A stretch of DNA of 63,842 nucleotides, filler included, from Thermoplasmatota archaeon (GTDB taxonomy: Archaea; Thermoplasmatota; E2; JACPAO01; JAHFTW01), in assembly GCA_041623215.1 (NCBI GenBank). It is 3 parts of 3 records of this genome, joined end to end, with 100 filler letters (N's around TTAATTAATTAA, not from the genome) between each part and the next. Parts side by side here need not be neighbours in the genome. Positions count along the whole stretch, not along the records: positions 1 to 26,602 come from JBFJXH010000010.1; 2 more parts are not named here. The stretch is one strand, 5' to 3'. The notes beneath the pieces were generated by a model. The model had not been told where the DNA came from, ran no database searches, and worked only from the letters and a program-made list of their open reading frames with translations. Below, in pieces: positions 1 to 9,884 of this stretch. Numbering within the stretch: position 1 is the first letter of the stretch; the number at the start of each line of letters is the position of its first letter. The translations under genes were made by a program, and so were the position numbers.

Positions 1-7
1 GCCGACA

Positions 8-604
8 ATGGCAGCCCAAGAGCCAGCGCCCTCCTGCGAGGCAAAGTCCGTCCAGGACGCTGCCGGCATCCTTAGCCCAAACCAAACCGCTGCAGCGACA
101 ACTGCCGCTTGCCATCTTTTTGTGGCCACCGGCACCCAGGCGATGCTGGCGATTCGCTGGGGCAGCCCCGAGGGACCGGAAGCAGAAGCCGCAAGTCATT
201 TTCGCGTTTGGCAGCAGCACGATCAATTCGGCCCACTGCCGGCCGTGCTCTTGTACGTTGATGCGGCAGCAGCCGACGCGGACGGCGTAGTGCTGCACGC
301 TGATGCGCGACTGGCCGGGGCCTTGACGCCAAACGTGGAGGCGGCCCTTCTTAGTGAGCTAGACCGCGGGCGCTCCACCGGCTTAGCGCAGGGCGACGCC
401 GCCGATGACGCCCTGGCACGCGGTGTCTTGCGCGCCTTTGGTTACCTAACCGGAACCTTGGAGTCTCGATACGGTCCCACTGGCTACCCTGAGCCCCCCG
501 TCAACCATGAATTGGATGCAGGGCGAGTCGCCGGCGGCGTTGGGCTTTTGGGGGCGGGACTAGCAGCGTTGATTTGGGTCGCTACCGGTAACCGTCGCTT
601 GTAG
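8..604 (+). CDS. TPM (DUF477)-like domain membrane-anchored protein, possibly 5'-truncated by the window edge
   Basis: VQDAAGILS resembles the TPM domain start; C-terminal TM helix; frame stays open to the window start. Confidence 0.5.
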   Translation: MAAQEPAPSCEAKSVQDAAGILSPNQTAAATTAACHLFVATGTQAMLAIRWGSPEGPEAEAASHFRVWQQHDQFGPLPAVLLYVDAAAADADGVVLHADARLAGALTPNVEAALLSELDRGRSTGLAQGDAADDALARGVLRAFGYLTGTLESRYGPTGYPEPPVNHELDAGRVAGGVGLLGAGLAALIWVATGNRRL

Positions 605-660
605 GCCACCGTCACTTGCATGGAAGGCCGATGGAAGCCGCGCGCGCCGTACCGGGGCAT

Positions 661-2031
661 CTACGGGGACGATTCTGAAGACGATGTCTTCGGTGCGCCA
701 TCCGGTCCGTTTGGCAACCATTGGCGCAGCAGCACGATCACAAGGGCTAATCCCACTGCCATGGCGGCGCTTCCGCCAAGTTGCCACGCCACTTCGAGGC
801 CGGCAAGCCAGGCCAGCAGCAGCACAGAGAATCCACCGTTGAACAACAAGAAGGCCGCCTTGTGCCTGCTAAACGGCGGCGGCGCAGCGCCAGCAGCTTC
901 CGGTAGGGCGCGCAGCATCAGGGCGATGGCCATCTGAATCACGCCGCCAAGCAACGCCATGTGGATGTGAACCAGCCGCAGCCGTGGCATCCACTCAATC
1001 AAGGCATCCGGCACGATGGCCAAAAAGAGGCCCAGCAGCACCGCCGCCACCAGCCACCAGACGGCCGTGAAGGTCCACGGCACGTAGGCGAAGACGGGTG
1101 TCACGCGATGGGTCTGGGACTTGTTGCGCATGATGTTGGCGCCAATGACGCCCATGAAGGTGAAGAAGGACAGGAACAGGAAGGGGCCAAGGCCGACCAA
1201 GACGCCTCTGGACCACGGCGCCGGCAGCAAGAACGCCAGCGTAATGCCAGTGACGCCCAGTAACCCCGAATGGAGCTCTCCCTTGATGGCCCCAGCGGCA
1301 ATGGCGGGAACACCGCTGAACCTGGGCACCCAAAGGTGCGCCAAGGCGTACACGGTAAACAGGCCATGACCTGCCAAAACCATGTGCAGACCCGCCGCAT
1401 GCAAGCGCGGCCACCACACGGCGCCGTTAGCAATTCCCGGCCACCACGTCGCAAGCCACAATAGCATGCCCACGGGTAGCAGGAACAAGCTGAAGCGAAG
1501 CTGGGCAAAGCAGGCGTCATCCCCCTTAGTCAGCGGATCCTGGGCAACATCCACGACGGATTCTTTGCGCTTCGGCAGCACGGGAAGAAGATGTTTGGTT
1601 TGCAGGATGGCGGCCACCGTGATGGCTACCGCACCCACCATGGCTGCGACGGCGAAAAGACCGCTTGGCTGCAACAACGTGCCAACCGTGACGAGCACGG
1701 CGCCCGTTCCGGCAATGGCCGCCTGGCTGCGTTGGGTGCTAGCATCAACGCCCCGCCCCAGGAATCGCCATGCCGCGTGGTGTTGAAGGCCCCACAGCAG
1801 AGGAAGCAGCAGACCCCAGAGTGCCAATTCGCTGTGCGCGCGCCACCAGCCAAGCTTGCCCCCAAGCGACATACCTGCCATGGCTAGCGCGACGGCACCA
1901 AGAAGGGAGGCAACAGCCAGCGTGAGCCACGAGCGATGCGGCTTGGCCGACGCATCCGGCGCGGGGACACGCGAAGCCGGGTCGGCCGCTGTCGAAGAGT
2001 CGTGTGCGTCCACTTCACCCTTCGTTGACAT
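661..2031 (-). CDS. Polytopic membrane protein with His-bearing helices (NnrS-like)
   Basis: ~12 hydrophobic segments; LHAAGLHMVLAGHG and LVHIHMALLGG motifs; start moved to ATG 2031, overlapping the nifU stop. Confidence 0.5.
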   Translation of the reverse strand: MSTKGEVDAHDSSTAADPASRVPAPDASAKPHRSWLTLAVASLLGAVALAMAGMSLGGKLGWWRAHSELALWGLLLPLLWGLQHHAAWRFLGRGVDASTQRSQAAIAGTGAVLVTVGTLLQPSGLFAVAAMVGAVAITVAAILQTKHLLPVLPKRKESVVDVAQDPLTKGDDACFAQLRFSLFLLPVGMLLWLATWWPGIANGAVWWPRLHAAGLHMVLAGHGLFTVYALAHLWVPRFSGVPAIAAGAIKGELHSGLLGVTGITLAFLLPAPWSRGVLVGLGPFLFLSFFTFMGVIGANIMRNKSQTHRVTPVFAYVPWTFTAVWWLVAAVLLGLFLAIVPDALIEWMPRLRLVHIHMALLGGVIQMAIALMLRALPEAAGAAPPPFSRHKAAFLLFNGGFSVLLLAWLAGLEVAWQLGGSAAMAVGLALVIVLLRQWLPNGPDGAPKTSSSESSP

Positions 2032-2305
2032 TGACCACGCCTTGGACCGCCGGAACTCGTTCTCGAATGATGCGCTCGATGCCGGCTTGCAGCGTGACAC
2101 TGCTCATGCTGCAACCGGAGCAAGCGCCCACCATGTCAATCCGAAGAATCCCGGTTGCTGGCGACCAATCGATGATATGCGCATCGCCGCCATCGAATTG
2201 GAGCGCCGGCCGGATTTCGTCCAAAGCTGCCTGAATGGCAGCGAGTGTCTCGTCGTCGTTGGATGCGGTAACGGGCGCGGATGTGGGTTCGGGTTCGGGC
2301 GTCAC
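2015..2305 (-). CDS. NifU C-terminal/Nfu-type Fe-S cluster carrier
   Basis: IRPALQFDGGD...GACSGCSMSSVTLQAGIE signature. Confidence 0.92.
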   Translation of the reverse strand: MTPEPEPTSAPVTASNDDETLAAIQAALDEIRPALQFDGGDAHIIDWSPATGILRIDMVGACSGCSMSSVTLQAGIERIIRERVPAVQGVVNVNEG

Positions 2306-2336
2306 AAGTCAACCATCCAAGGTACTGGGCAATGCA

Positions 2337-3872
2337 TTAGGGGGACCGCGCTGCCAAGAGGCTCTGTGCGGCTTCCATACTGGCATCAATGAACCATTGC
2401 GGCCACACGCCGATTGCTAGGACCACCAGGAGGCAGGCACCCACTGCAATGGTGGTGCCCATGCCAATCGTCAGTGGCACTTCGGCACCGTCGTGTTCCT
2501 CCACATACATGGCACGAATGACGCGCAGGTAGTAGTAGAGGCTGATGGCCGAGTTGAGAACCGCGAAGATTGCCAGCCACAGAAGCCATCCCAAGCTGTT
2601 GACGATACCGACATCAACGGCCGCGCCGAACAACACGAACTTGCTCGTGAAGCCGCCAAGCGGTGGAATGCCGGCCATGGAGAGCAGGAAGAGTGTCATG
2701 GCGAGTGCCAGGAACGGCGCCCGCTTGCCCAAGCCACGGTAGCCTCGAACGTCGTCATGAAGACCGACGGTCAGCAGTACGCCAATGATGAGGAAGGCCC
2801 CTAGCTTCATGGCGGCGTTCACGATAAGGTGGAGAATCCCGCCCCCTACGGCGTACCACGTTCCCACCGCGACGGCAATTAACAGGTAGCCTGCCTGGGC
2901 AATGCTCGAGTAAGCAAGCATGCGTCGCAAGCTGTCCTGCTGCAAGGCAATCAGATTGCCCGTGAACATGGTGGCGACGGCGATGATGCCGACGGCCAAT
3001 TCCCAGTTTGCCTTGACGCCCCAAAGGCCCACAAGGAAGATCTGGAAGACGGCTGCGAAGCCCATGGTCTTGCTGGCAGTGGCAAGCATGCCGGCGACCG
3101 GCGCGGGAGCCCCTTGATAGACATCGGGCGCCCACAGGTGGAACGGGATGCTGCTAATCTTGAAGCCAAGACCCGCCAGGAGCATCACGACGGCCACGAT
3201 GCTGATGGTGTCGAATCCGCCTCCAATCGTGATGGCTTGGGCCAAGTCCGCAATTCGCGTGCTGCCAGCCATGCCATAGAGGAGGCTAATGGCAAACAGC
3301 GTGAGCGCACTTGCGACGGCGCCGAAGCTGAAGTACTTGAGAGCGGCCTCCGCGCCGATGCGGTCGCGGTGGAAGCCGGCCAGCAGGTAGCTGCAGAGGC
3401 TGGCCATCTCAATACCCAAAAAGAGCGTCATGAGCTCGGTGGCTGAGGCCACAATCATCATGCCGAGCGTGGCAAAGAGAATCAGCGAGTAGAATTCGCC
3501 CCAGTCCTCTTCGACGCGGCCCTTCAGCGTGCGACCCATGCCAATGATGGCCAACAGGGCAACCGACAGGAACACCAGTTTGAGAAGCTGGCTCGCCTCG
3601 GTGACGGCGTACACGCCCTTGAGATCCTCACCAATGTATTGCAGCGTAAATCGGATGCCCGTGCCGGGGATGTTCTGGTCGAAGTGGAATACGCTGCCAA
3701 GCGTCAGAAGGCCTGCTCCACCGACCCCAATGGCGGCGAATTGCTGCATGCCTTTGCGGTCCGTGTTCCACAAGCCCACAATGGGAGCCAGGAGGGCAAA
3801 CAGCAGCACGACCAGTTCAGGGGTTAGGCTCTGCCAGGCGAAGTCAAAACTTAGCCAATCGAGGACACCCAT
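2337..3872 (-). CDS. nuoN: NADH-quinone oxidoreductase-like subunit N
   Basis: EAALKYF and GFKISSIPFHLWAPDVYQGAP motifs; operon position. Confidence 0.95.
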   Translation of the reverse strand: MGVLDWLSFDFAWQSLTPELVVLLFALLAPIVGLWNTDRKGMQQFAAIGVGGAGLLTLGSVFHFDQNIPGTGIRFTLQYIGEDLKGVYAVTEASQLLKLVFLSVALLAIIGMGRTLKGRVEEDWGEFYSLILFATLGMMIVASATELMTLFLGIEMASLCSYLLAGFHRDRIGAEAALKYFSFGAVASALTLFAISLLYGMAGSTRIADLAQAITIGGGFDTISIVAVVMLLAGLGFKISSIPFHLWAPDVYQGAPAPVAGMLATASKTMGFAAVFQIFLVGLWGVKANWELAVGIIAVATMFTGNLIALQQDSLRRMLAYSSIAQAGYLLIAVAVGTWYAVGGGILHLIVNAAMKLGAFLIIGVLLTVGLHDDVRGYRGLGKRAPFLALAMTLFLLSMAGIPPLGGFTSKFVLFGAAVDVGIVNSLGWLLWLAIFAVLNSAISLYYYLRVIRAMYVEEHDGAEVPLTIGMGTTIAVGACLLVVLAIGVWPQWFIDASMEAAQSLLAARSP

Positions 3873-5363
3873 CTAGTTCACCCCCATGATGGCAAAGACC
3901 GCGTGAGTCCAATCATTCATTTGGCCAAGTAGCAGCGCCGGGAGCACGCCGAACAGAATCGCCAAGACGACCATGGCGACCATGGGCCAGCGTTCCTCAG
4001 AGGGCACATCGTGGTGGCTGTCAAAGTCGCTTCCCACATGGTCAACGCGGGGCCCAAAGTAAGCCCGTTGCAGGGCCCACAAGAAGTAGCCCGCAGTGAT
4101 GAGGACGCTCCAAATGGGCAGCCAAATCCAATGCCCGAAGGTCTGGTACACAGCAGCAAAGATGCCAAATTCGGCGACGAAGCCCATCATGCCTGGAAGG
4201 CCAAGGCTAGCAAGGAACAGAACCGCCGTTAGGCCAGTCAGGCGCGGAATCTTGACGCCCACACCACCCAGCTTGCTGATGAGACGGGTTCCCGTGCTAT
4301 GTTGCAGACTGCCGGCGGCCATGAACATGCCAGCACTGATGATGCCGTGGGCGACGTTCATGTAGGCCGCGGCTGCAAAGCCGACATCGGTGAAGGTGGC
4401 CAGCGCGATGGTAATCATGCCCATGTGGCTGACCGACGAGTAGGCAATGAGCGACTTCAGGTCGTCCTGCGCTAGGCAAAGGAAGGCACCGTACAGGATG
4501 CTGGCGGTGCCAAGCCCGTAGAAGACCCACTGGTAAGCCATGGCCGCATCCGGCAGAAGGGGGAATGCGATGCGCATGATGCCGTAGGAACCCATCTTCA
4601 GCAAGACGCCAGCAAGCATCACGGAGCCTGCCGTGGGTGCCTGCACGTGAGCATCCGGCAGCCATGTGTGGAAGGGCGCCGAGGGTAACTTGACAAGGAA
4701 GCCAAAGGCGAGGACGCCGAAGGTAACCAGCCCGAAGGTCTTGGCGTAGCCGCCCAACGAGGCAGCGGCCGTCAGTTCTGGAATGCTGAACGTGCCAAGG
4801 CCGGCGCCGAAGTAGAGCGCCATGAAGCCAAGCAGCATCACGAGGCTGGCGCCGCCGGTGTAGATGAAGAACTTCGTCGACGCGTACTTCCGGTTCGGGC
4901 CGCCCCAGATGGCGATGAGGAAGTACATGGGAATGAGGACGAATTCCCAGAAAACGTAGAACAGGAACAAGTCCAGCGCCGTGAACACCCCGATGACGGT
5001 ACCATTCAGGGCCACGAGGAGGCTGAAGAAGAGGCGCGGGCGGTGATTTTCCTTCCAGCTGTAAATGATGACCAGGGGCGTCAGGAGCGCCGTGAGCCAG
5101 GCGAGGCTGGCGGCCAGTCCGTCCACGCCAAACCGGAGGCCAATGCCGAGGGCCGGAATCCATTCCCAATCCGCGACGAAGCGGTAGGTGCCCCCGCCGT
5201 CGATGCCGACGCGAAGGAACATCCACGTCGTTGCGGCAAGCGCAGGCAGGCTTGCAGCCAGGGCAACTTTGCGGCTGGCAGCCTCATTCACGCGGCCGGC
5301 GGCAAAGGCGCCTAGGAATGTGATGGCCAACGTCAGGGGAATCAGGAGTTCTTCGAAGGTCAT
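3873..5363 (-). CDS. nuoM: Complex I-like subunit M
   Basis: FYVFWEFVLIPMYFLI and PFHTWLPDAHVQAP motifs; GGTGA SD upstream of ATG 5363. Confidence 0.95.
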   Translation of the reverse strand: MTFEELLIPLTLAITFLGAFAAGRVNEAASRKVALAASLPALAATTWMFLRVGIDGGGTYRFVADWEWIPALGIGLRFGVDGLAASLAWLTALLTPLVIIYSWKENHRPRLFFSLLVALNGTVIGVFTALDLFLFYVFWEFVLIPMYFLIAIWGGPNRKYASTKFFIYTGGASLVMLLGFMALYFGAGLGTFSIPELTAAASLGGYAKTFGLVTFGVLAFGFLVKLPSAPFHTWLPDAHVQAPTAGSVMLAGVLLKMGSYGIMRIAFPLLPDAAMAYQWVFYGLGTASILYGAFLCLAQDDLKSLIAYSSVSHMGMITIALATFTDVGFAAAAYMNVAHGIISAGMFMAAGSLQHSTGTRLISKLGGVGVKIPRLTGLTAVLFLASLGLPGMMGFVAEFGIFAAVYQTFGHWIWLPIWSVLITAGYFLWALQRAYFGPRVDHVGSDFDSHHDVPSEERWPMVAMVVLAILFGVLPALLLGQMNDWTHAVFAIMGVN

Positions 5364-5368
5364 GATGC

Positions 5369-7393
5369 TCACCACCGGATCCGGAGCACCACTTGGTGCA
5401 GGAAGACAATCAGAACGGCAACACCGATGGCGATACTGGCCAGATAGACCGATAAGTCACCGTTTTGCCAGCGGCGCAGCCAGCCGCCTTGCCACATGGT
5501 GACGCGGGCGGCGCCGTTGACGGCCCCGTCGATGCCTCTGCGGTCGAACCAGTTGCTGGCACGCGCCGCACCCATTGCCACCACGTCGCCAAGCGGCTCG
5601 TACACGGCTTGCGTGACGTAGTAGCGGTTGTAGAGAAGACCGCGCATACCCGTCGTGGGTTCGTCCTTTTCGGCGTCGGGCAATCCGCTCTTGTAGCGTC
5701 GGCTGGCAAACACGATGCCGCCAACCGCCAGCGCCAAGCTGAGGTAGGTAAGTGGGCTCGTGAGGATTCCCATGAGAATTTCACTGCTGGCAAGGGCGTG
5801 GTGCTCGCCAAGGTCGTGGCTGAAGGGATAGGTCAGGAACGATTCGAAGCCGTCGCCAATGACGAGCCAACTGCCCGATACCACGGCGAAGAACGCCAGA
5901 ATCATCAGGGGCACAGTCATGGCAGCGGGCGATTCGTGCGCGTGCTCCGCGTGGTCGGTCCGCGGGGTCGCGTAGAATGCCAGGTACATCATGCGGAACA
6001 TGTAGAAGGCGGTGAGGGCAGCCGTGATGATGCCAAAGAGCCACATCAGGGTGAAGATGCCGTTGTAGGACCCCGCCTTGAACGCGGTGGCCAACACCTC
6101 GTCTTTGCTCCAGAAACCGGCCAGTGGAATGATGCCGGCAATGCTGAGACTACCCACAAGCATGGTGAGGAAGGTGGTCTTCATCTTGTCCTTGAGGCCG
6201 CCCATTTCGCGGAGGTCCTGGTGATGGTGCATCCCCAGAATGACCGAAGCAGAGCCAAGGAAGAGCAGTGCCTTGAAGAAGGCGTGATTGACCAAGTGGA
6301 GAATGCCCGCTGTGAAGCCTACGCCGTTGCCGGTTTCCAGGTACAGGATGCCGCCGGCGCCAAGAGCGAGGAACATGTAGCCCAGTTGCGAAAGCGTCGA
6401 GAAAGCTAGGACACGCTTGATGTCAAGCGCCGCCAAGGCCATTGTGGCGGTGTAAATGGCCGTCACGCCGCCAATCACGCCGATGACCACGAAGGTGCTC
6501 GGGTTGAGTAAGAACAGGGGCCAGCTGCGGGCTACCAGGTAGACACCGGCCTTGACCATGGTGGCTGCGTGGATGAGGGCCGAAACCGTTGTTGGACCTT
6601 CCATCGCATCGGGCAACCAAATGTCGAGCGGGAATTGCGCCGACTTGCCGACGGCGCCACCGAAGATGAGCAGGCCGGCTGCATACACCGTGCCCTTGTG
6701 CGCCTCGAGGTCTGGGTGGTGCCACAATTCGCGGTAGTTGAACGTCTTGAAGGTGACGACCAGGAGGATAATGCCGACCATCAGCAGGATGTCGCCGAGG
6801 CGCGTCGTTAGAAACGCCTTCTTGGCGGCGATGGCCGCCGACTGCTTGTCGTACCAGTAGCCGATGAGCAAGTAGCTGCACAGACCCATGATTTCCCAGA
6901 ACACGAACATCAGCAGGTAGTTGTCTGCGAGCACCGTGCCCAGCATGCCGCTGATGAAAAGCGCCTTCACGGCGTAATAGCGGCGCAGCTTGTCATCCGG
7001 CTCATCGTGCAGGTAGGCGGTGCTGAAAATTACGATGAGCAGGCTGAGCAGGCCGACCAACGCGGCCAGCAGGCCACTCAAGTGGTCCACGAGGATGCCT
7101 GCGGTGAAGGTCATGGTGCCGATTTCAAACCAGGCCGTGTGCCAGGTGTAGTCCTCGGCTCCGCCTAGCAGTTTGAAGAATTGCCAGGCTGCCAGTGCGG
7201 TGCTGATGGCTACCGCCACGATGGGAATCATGGCTCCGCCGCGCCACATCTTCTTGCCGACGAGGAAGGTGATGAGCGCCGCCACTAGGGGGAGCAGCGG
7301 GATGAGCGCGATGCTCCAATCAAGGGGCATGTTTACGGCGTGGTAGGCGCCGTGGGCTGCGTCTGCTGCGTGGGTCGTTGCTTCGCTTGCCAT
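5369..7393 (-). CDS. nuoL: Complex I-like subunit L
   Basis: GKSAQFPLDIWLPDAMEGPTTVSALIHAATMV and HAFFKALLFL motifs. Confidence 0.96.
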   Translation of the reverse strand: MASEATTHAADAAHGAYHAVNMPLDWSIALIPLLPLVAALITFLVGKKMWRGGAMIPIVAVAISTALAAWQFFKLLGGAEDYTWHTAWFEIGTMTFTAGILVDHLSGLLAALVGLLSLLIVIFSTAYLHDEPDDKLRRYYAVKALFISGMLGTVLADNYLLMFVFWEIMGLCSYLLIGYWYDKQSAAIAAKKAFLTTRLGDILLMVGIILLVVTFKTFNYRELWHHPDLEAHKGTVYAAGLLIFGGAVGKSAQFPLDIWLPDAMEGPTTVSALIHAATMVKAGVYLVARSWPLFLLNPSTFVVIGVIGGVTAIYTATMALAALDIKRVLAFSTLSQLGYMFLALGAGGILYLETGNGVGFTAGILHLVNHAFFKALLFLGSASVILGMHHHQDLREMGGLKDKMKTTFLTMLVGSLSIAGIIPLAGFWSKDEVLATAFKAGSYNGIFTLMWLFGIITAALTAFYMFRMMYLAFYATPRTDHAEHAHESPAAMTVPLMILAFFAVVSGSWLVIGDGFESFLTYPFSHDLGEHHALASSEILMGILTSPLTYLSLALAVGGIVFASRRYKSGLPDAEKDEPTTGMRGLLYNRYYVTQAVYEPLGDVVAMGAARASNWFDRRGIDGAVNGAARVTMWQGGWLRRWQNGDLSVYLASIAIGVAVLIVFLHQVVLRIRW

Positions 7394-7397
7394 GAAT

Positions 7398-7700
7398 CTA
7401 CCACCTCAACTCGGTTGCGTTCCTGACATCCACAGATTGGATGTGGCGGTACAAATGGATGAAAATGCCAAGCCCGACGGCCGCTTCTGCGGCTGCAAGC
7501 GCAATGGAGAACAGGGTGAACACAACGCCATCTGCGTGGCCGTAGTGATTGGCGAAGGCCACGAAATTGATGTTGGCCCCGTTGAGAATGAGTTCAACGC
7601 TAATGAGGATGCGAAGGGCACTCTTGGTCGTGAGGACGCCCCACAAGCCAATCGCTAGAAGCGCGGCACCTAGCGTGATGTAGTAATTGGTCGGAATCAT
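7398..7700 (-). CDS. nuoK: Complex I-like subunit K
   Basis: SVELILNG and AAAEAAVGL motifs. Confidence 0.95.
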   Translation of the reverse strand: MIPTNYYITLGAALLAIGLWGVLTTKSALRILISVELILNGANINFVAFANHYGHADGVVFTLFSIALAAAEAAVGLGIFIHLYRHIQSVDVRNATELRW

Positions 7701-8134
7701 TCTTCCTCCTCCTGTCGGGCGGGGGCCGCGGAAACGGCACCAGGGCCGGCAGCCGCGTTGCGGGCAACGATGGGGGCGACTGGCGTCGGGGTGGTTTGAT
7801 AGACGCCACGCGTGAGGTCGCTGGCTGCCTGGGTGGCTTCCAGCTGTTGCTCACTGACGGCCGTGTAATTTTCGGAGTCCGGGCGACCGCCCAGCGGGCG
7901 CGCGATGACCATGGCCCCAATCATGGCGGCCGTCAATAGAACGCCCAGGATTTCGAAAGCAAGCACGTGGGTATCGAAGAGTCCTACCACGACAGCGTCC
8001 AGGCTTTCTGTGCCTGCGGCGCCTCGCGATTGCCAGGGTGCAGTGGCCCGGATGCTTGCGTCAATGACGGCGTAGAGCACCAGCATGAGAAGGCCGGTGA
8101 CCATGAGCTTGTTGCGTCGAGACAACGGGGTCAT
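7697..8134 (-). CDS. nuoJ: Complex I-like subunit J, C-terminal half (J2)
   Basis: LFDTHVLAFEILGVLLTAAMIGAMVIAR motif. Confidence 0.85.
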   Translation of the reverse strand: MTPLSRRNKLMVTGLLMLVLYAVIDASIRATAPWQSRGAAGTESLDAVVVGLFDTHVLAFEILGVLLTAAMIGAMVIARPLGGRPDSENYTAVSEQQLEATQAASDLTRGVYQTTPTPVAPIVARNAAAGPGAVSAAPARQEEEE

Positions 8135-8415
8135 GGACGCGCCTCCACTTGGGTGTCATCTTGGTCCGCTTCGTCACCGGCCACAAACATGACGGCGAAG
8201 ACCAGCAGGGTCAGGATACCACCAACATACACGAGCAGCTGGATGACACCCAGCAGGGTTTGCTCCATGCTCACGTACAGGGCGGCGACGGCCACGAGGG
8301 CGACGCCAAGGCCCAGGGCGCTGTGGAAGACGCGCGTGGCCAGGACAGACCAAATGGCGCCTGCCACCGCCAGCAGGGCGGGGATGACGAAGAAGGCGAT
8401 GTTGAAGCCGTTCAT
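8131..8415 (-). CDS. nuoJ: Complex I-like subunit J, N-terminal half (J1)
   Basis: QLLVYVGGILTLLVFAVM motif. Confidence 0.88.
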   Translation of the reverse strand: MNGFNIAFFVIPALLAVAGAIWSVLATRVFHSALGLGVALVAVAALYVSMEQTLLGVIQLLVYVGGILTLLVFAVMFVAGDEADQDDTQVEARP

Positions 8416-8843
8416 TTGTACGGCCCCCGTCCGAGGGCAGCTTCATTCTGACTGAGGCGGTCGGGCCGGTAGTCAAAGTCGCGAACGTAGTTCGCCGTCT
8501 CATACTCCTTGCCCATGCGAATCGAATCGGTGGGGCACACTTCCTCGCACAGGCTGCAATACATGCACTTGGAAATCTCAACGGCGGGGAACTTCTGCTT
8601 CTTGTTCTGCGGCGTTTCGAAGCCCGGGTCGTAATCGACCATGTAGCAGGAACCGTTGGGGCACGCCTGGGAACAGAGCGTGCAACCAATGCAGGTTTCC
8701 AGTTTGAGGTAGATGCGGCCGCGGAAACGATCGGCTACCGGGCGCTTCTCCTCGGGGTACTGGACGGTCACGGGTTTTTTGAAGAAGTGGCCCAGGGTGA
8801 CGCCCATGCCTTGCAGGATGGGAACTAGGGGGACTTTGCTCAT
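8412..8843 (-). CDS. nuoI: Complex I-like subunit I (2x[4Fe-4S])
   Basis: TVQYPEE; two CxxCxxCxxxCP motifs. Confidence 0.95.
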   Translation of the reverse strand: MSKVPLVPILQGMGVTLGHFFKKPVTVQYPEEKRPVADRFRGRIYLKLETCIGCTLCSQACPNGSCYMVDYDPGFETPQNKKQKFPAVEISKCMYCSLCEEVCPTDSIRMGKEYETANYVRDFDYRPDRLSQNEAALGRGPYK

Positions 8844-9877
8844 AGGAGGCCTCCGCGGACGAGAACTGCGGTTACAATGAAGTTCAGAATACTAATGGGC
8901 AGCATGATTTTCCAAGCAACTCCTAGGAATTGGTCAACGCGGACGCGAGGCAGCGTGCTCCACACCCAGAAGATGACGAAGCTCATCAGCAGGGATTTGC
9001 CGAGGAACCACAGGAACGGCGGGATGAAGGACATCCCGAACAGGGGTTGCCATCCGCCCAAGAAAAGCGTGGTAACCAGAGCGCCGATGAAGAACACGTT
9101 GCTGAACAGGACCACGAAGAAAGTCCCGAAACGCATGCCCGAGTATTCGGTGGTGAAACCCGCGACGAGTTCGGATTCAGATTCGGCCATGTCAGTTGGA
9201 ACCAAGCCTGCCTTGGCAAGGCCGGCGATGAAGAAAATGACAAAGCCAACAATCTGGGGGACAATGAACCACAAACCCGCTTGTGCCAGCACGATGTCTT
9301 GCGTGGACAGGCTGCCCACCATGAGCAAGATGCTTGCGGTGGCAAACATCATCGGAATCTCGTACGAGACATCCATGGCGGCGGCGCGCACGCCACCGTA
9401 CAGCGAGTACTTGTTGTTGCTTCCCCACCCGGCCAAGATTTCGGCCAACGGTGCAATGGCGCTGACGGCGAAAATGAAGAGAATGCCGGTGGCGACATTG
9501 CTGAAAATGATCTTGTCCGACCAAGGCAACGGCGCCCAGGCGAGGGCGGTTGGAATGGCGGCGACGTAGACGGCCGCACGCCAGGTTAGCGGGTCGGCGC
9601 GGGCGGGTTTGATGTCTTCTTTGCCAATCAATTTCAGACCGTCGGCAAGGAATTGCATGATGCCGAAGGGGCCAACGCGGTTGGGGCCCACGCGTTGACC
9701 CATGCGAGCAAAAATGCGGCGGAAGGCGAACGTGAACAAGCCACCAGTGGCAAAAACGGCGGTAAAGACGAGGACGCTACCAATGATGGCAGCGACGAGG
9801 CTGTCAGCCCAGCCCGGCATGTCGAAGCCAAGGGACGTAGCAGTGGTGTCAATGAAAGTCGTAAGTGATCCCATCAT
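8840..9877 (-). CDS. nuoH: Complex I-like subunit H
   Basis: RVGPNRVGPFG, ADGLKL and ESELVAGFTTEYSG motifs; GGAGGTG SD upstream of ATG 9877. Confidence 0.95.
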   Translation of the reverse strand: MMGSLTTFIDTTATSLGFDMPGWADSLVAAIIGSVLVFTAVFATGGLFTFAFRRIFARMGQRVGPNRVGPFGIMQFLADGLKLIGKEDIKPARADPLTWRAAVYVAAIPTALAWAPLPWSDKIIFSNVATGILFIFAVSAIAPLAEILAGWGSNNKYSLYGGVRAAAMDVSYEIPMMFATASILLMVGSLSTQDIVLAQAGLWFIVPQIVGFVIFFIAGLAKAGLVPTDMAESESELVAGFTTEYSGMRFGTFFVVLFSNVFFIGALVTTLFLGGWQPLFGMSFIPPFLWFLGKSLLMSFVIFWVWSTLPRVRVDQFLGVAWKIMLPISILNFIVTAVLVRGGLL

Positions 9878-9884
9878 ACACCTC

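Noticed and set aside
7697..8415. nuoJ frameshift or pseudogene
   Set aside because: Both halves have their own starts with overlapping stop/start junctions; split NuoJ is common in archaea
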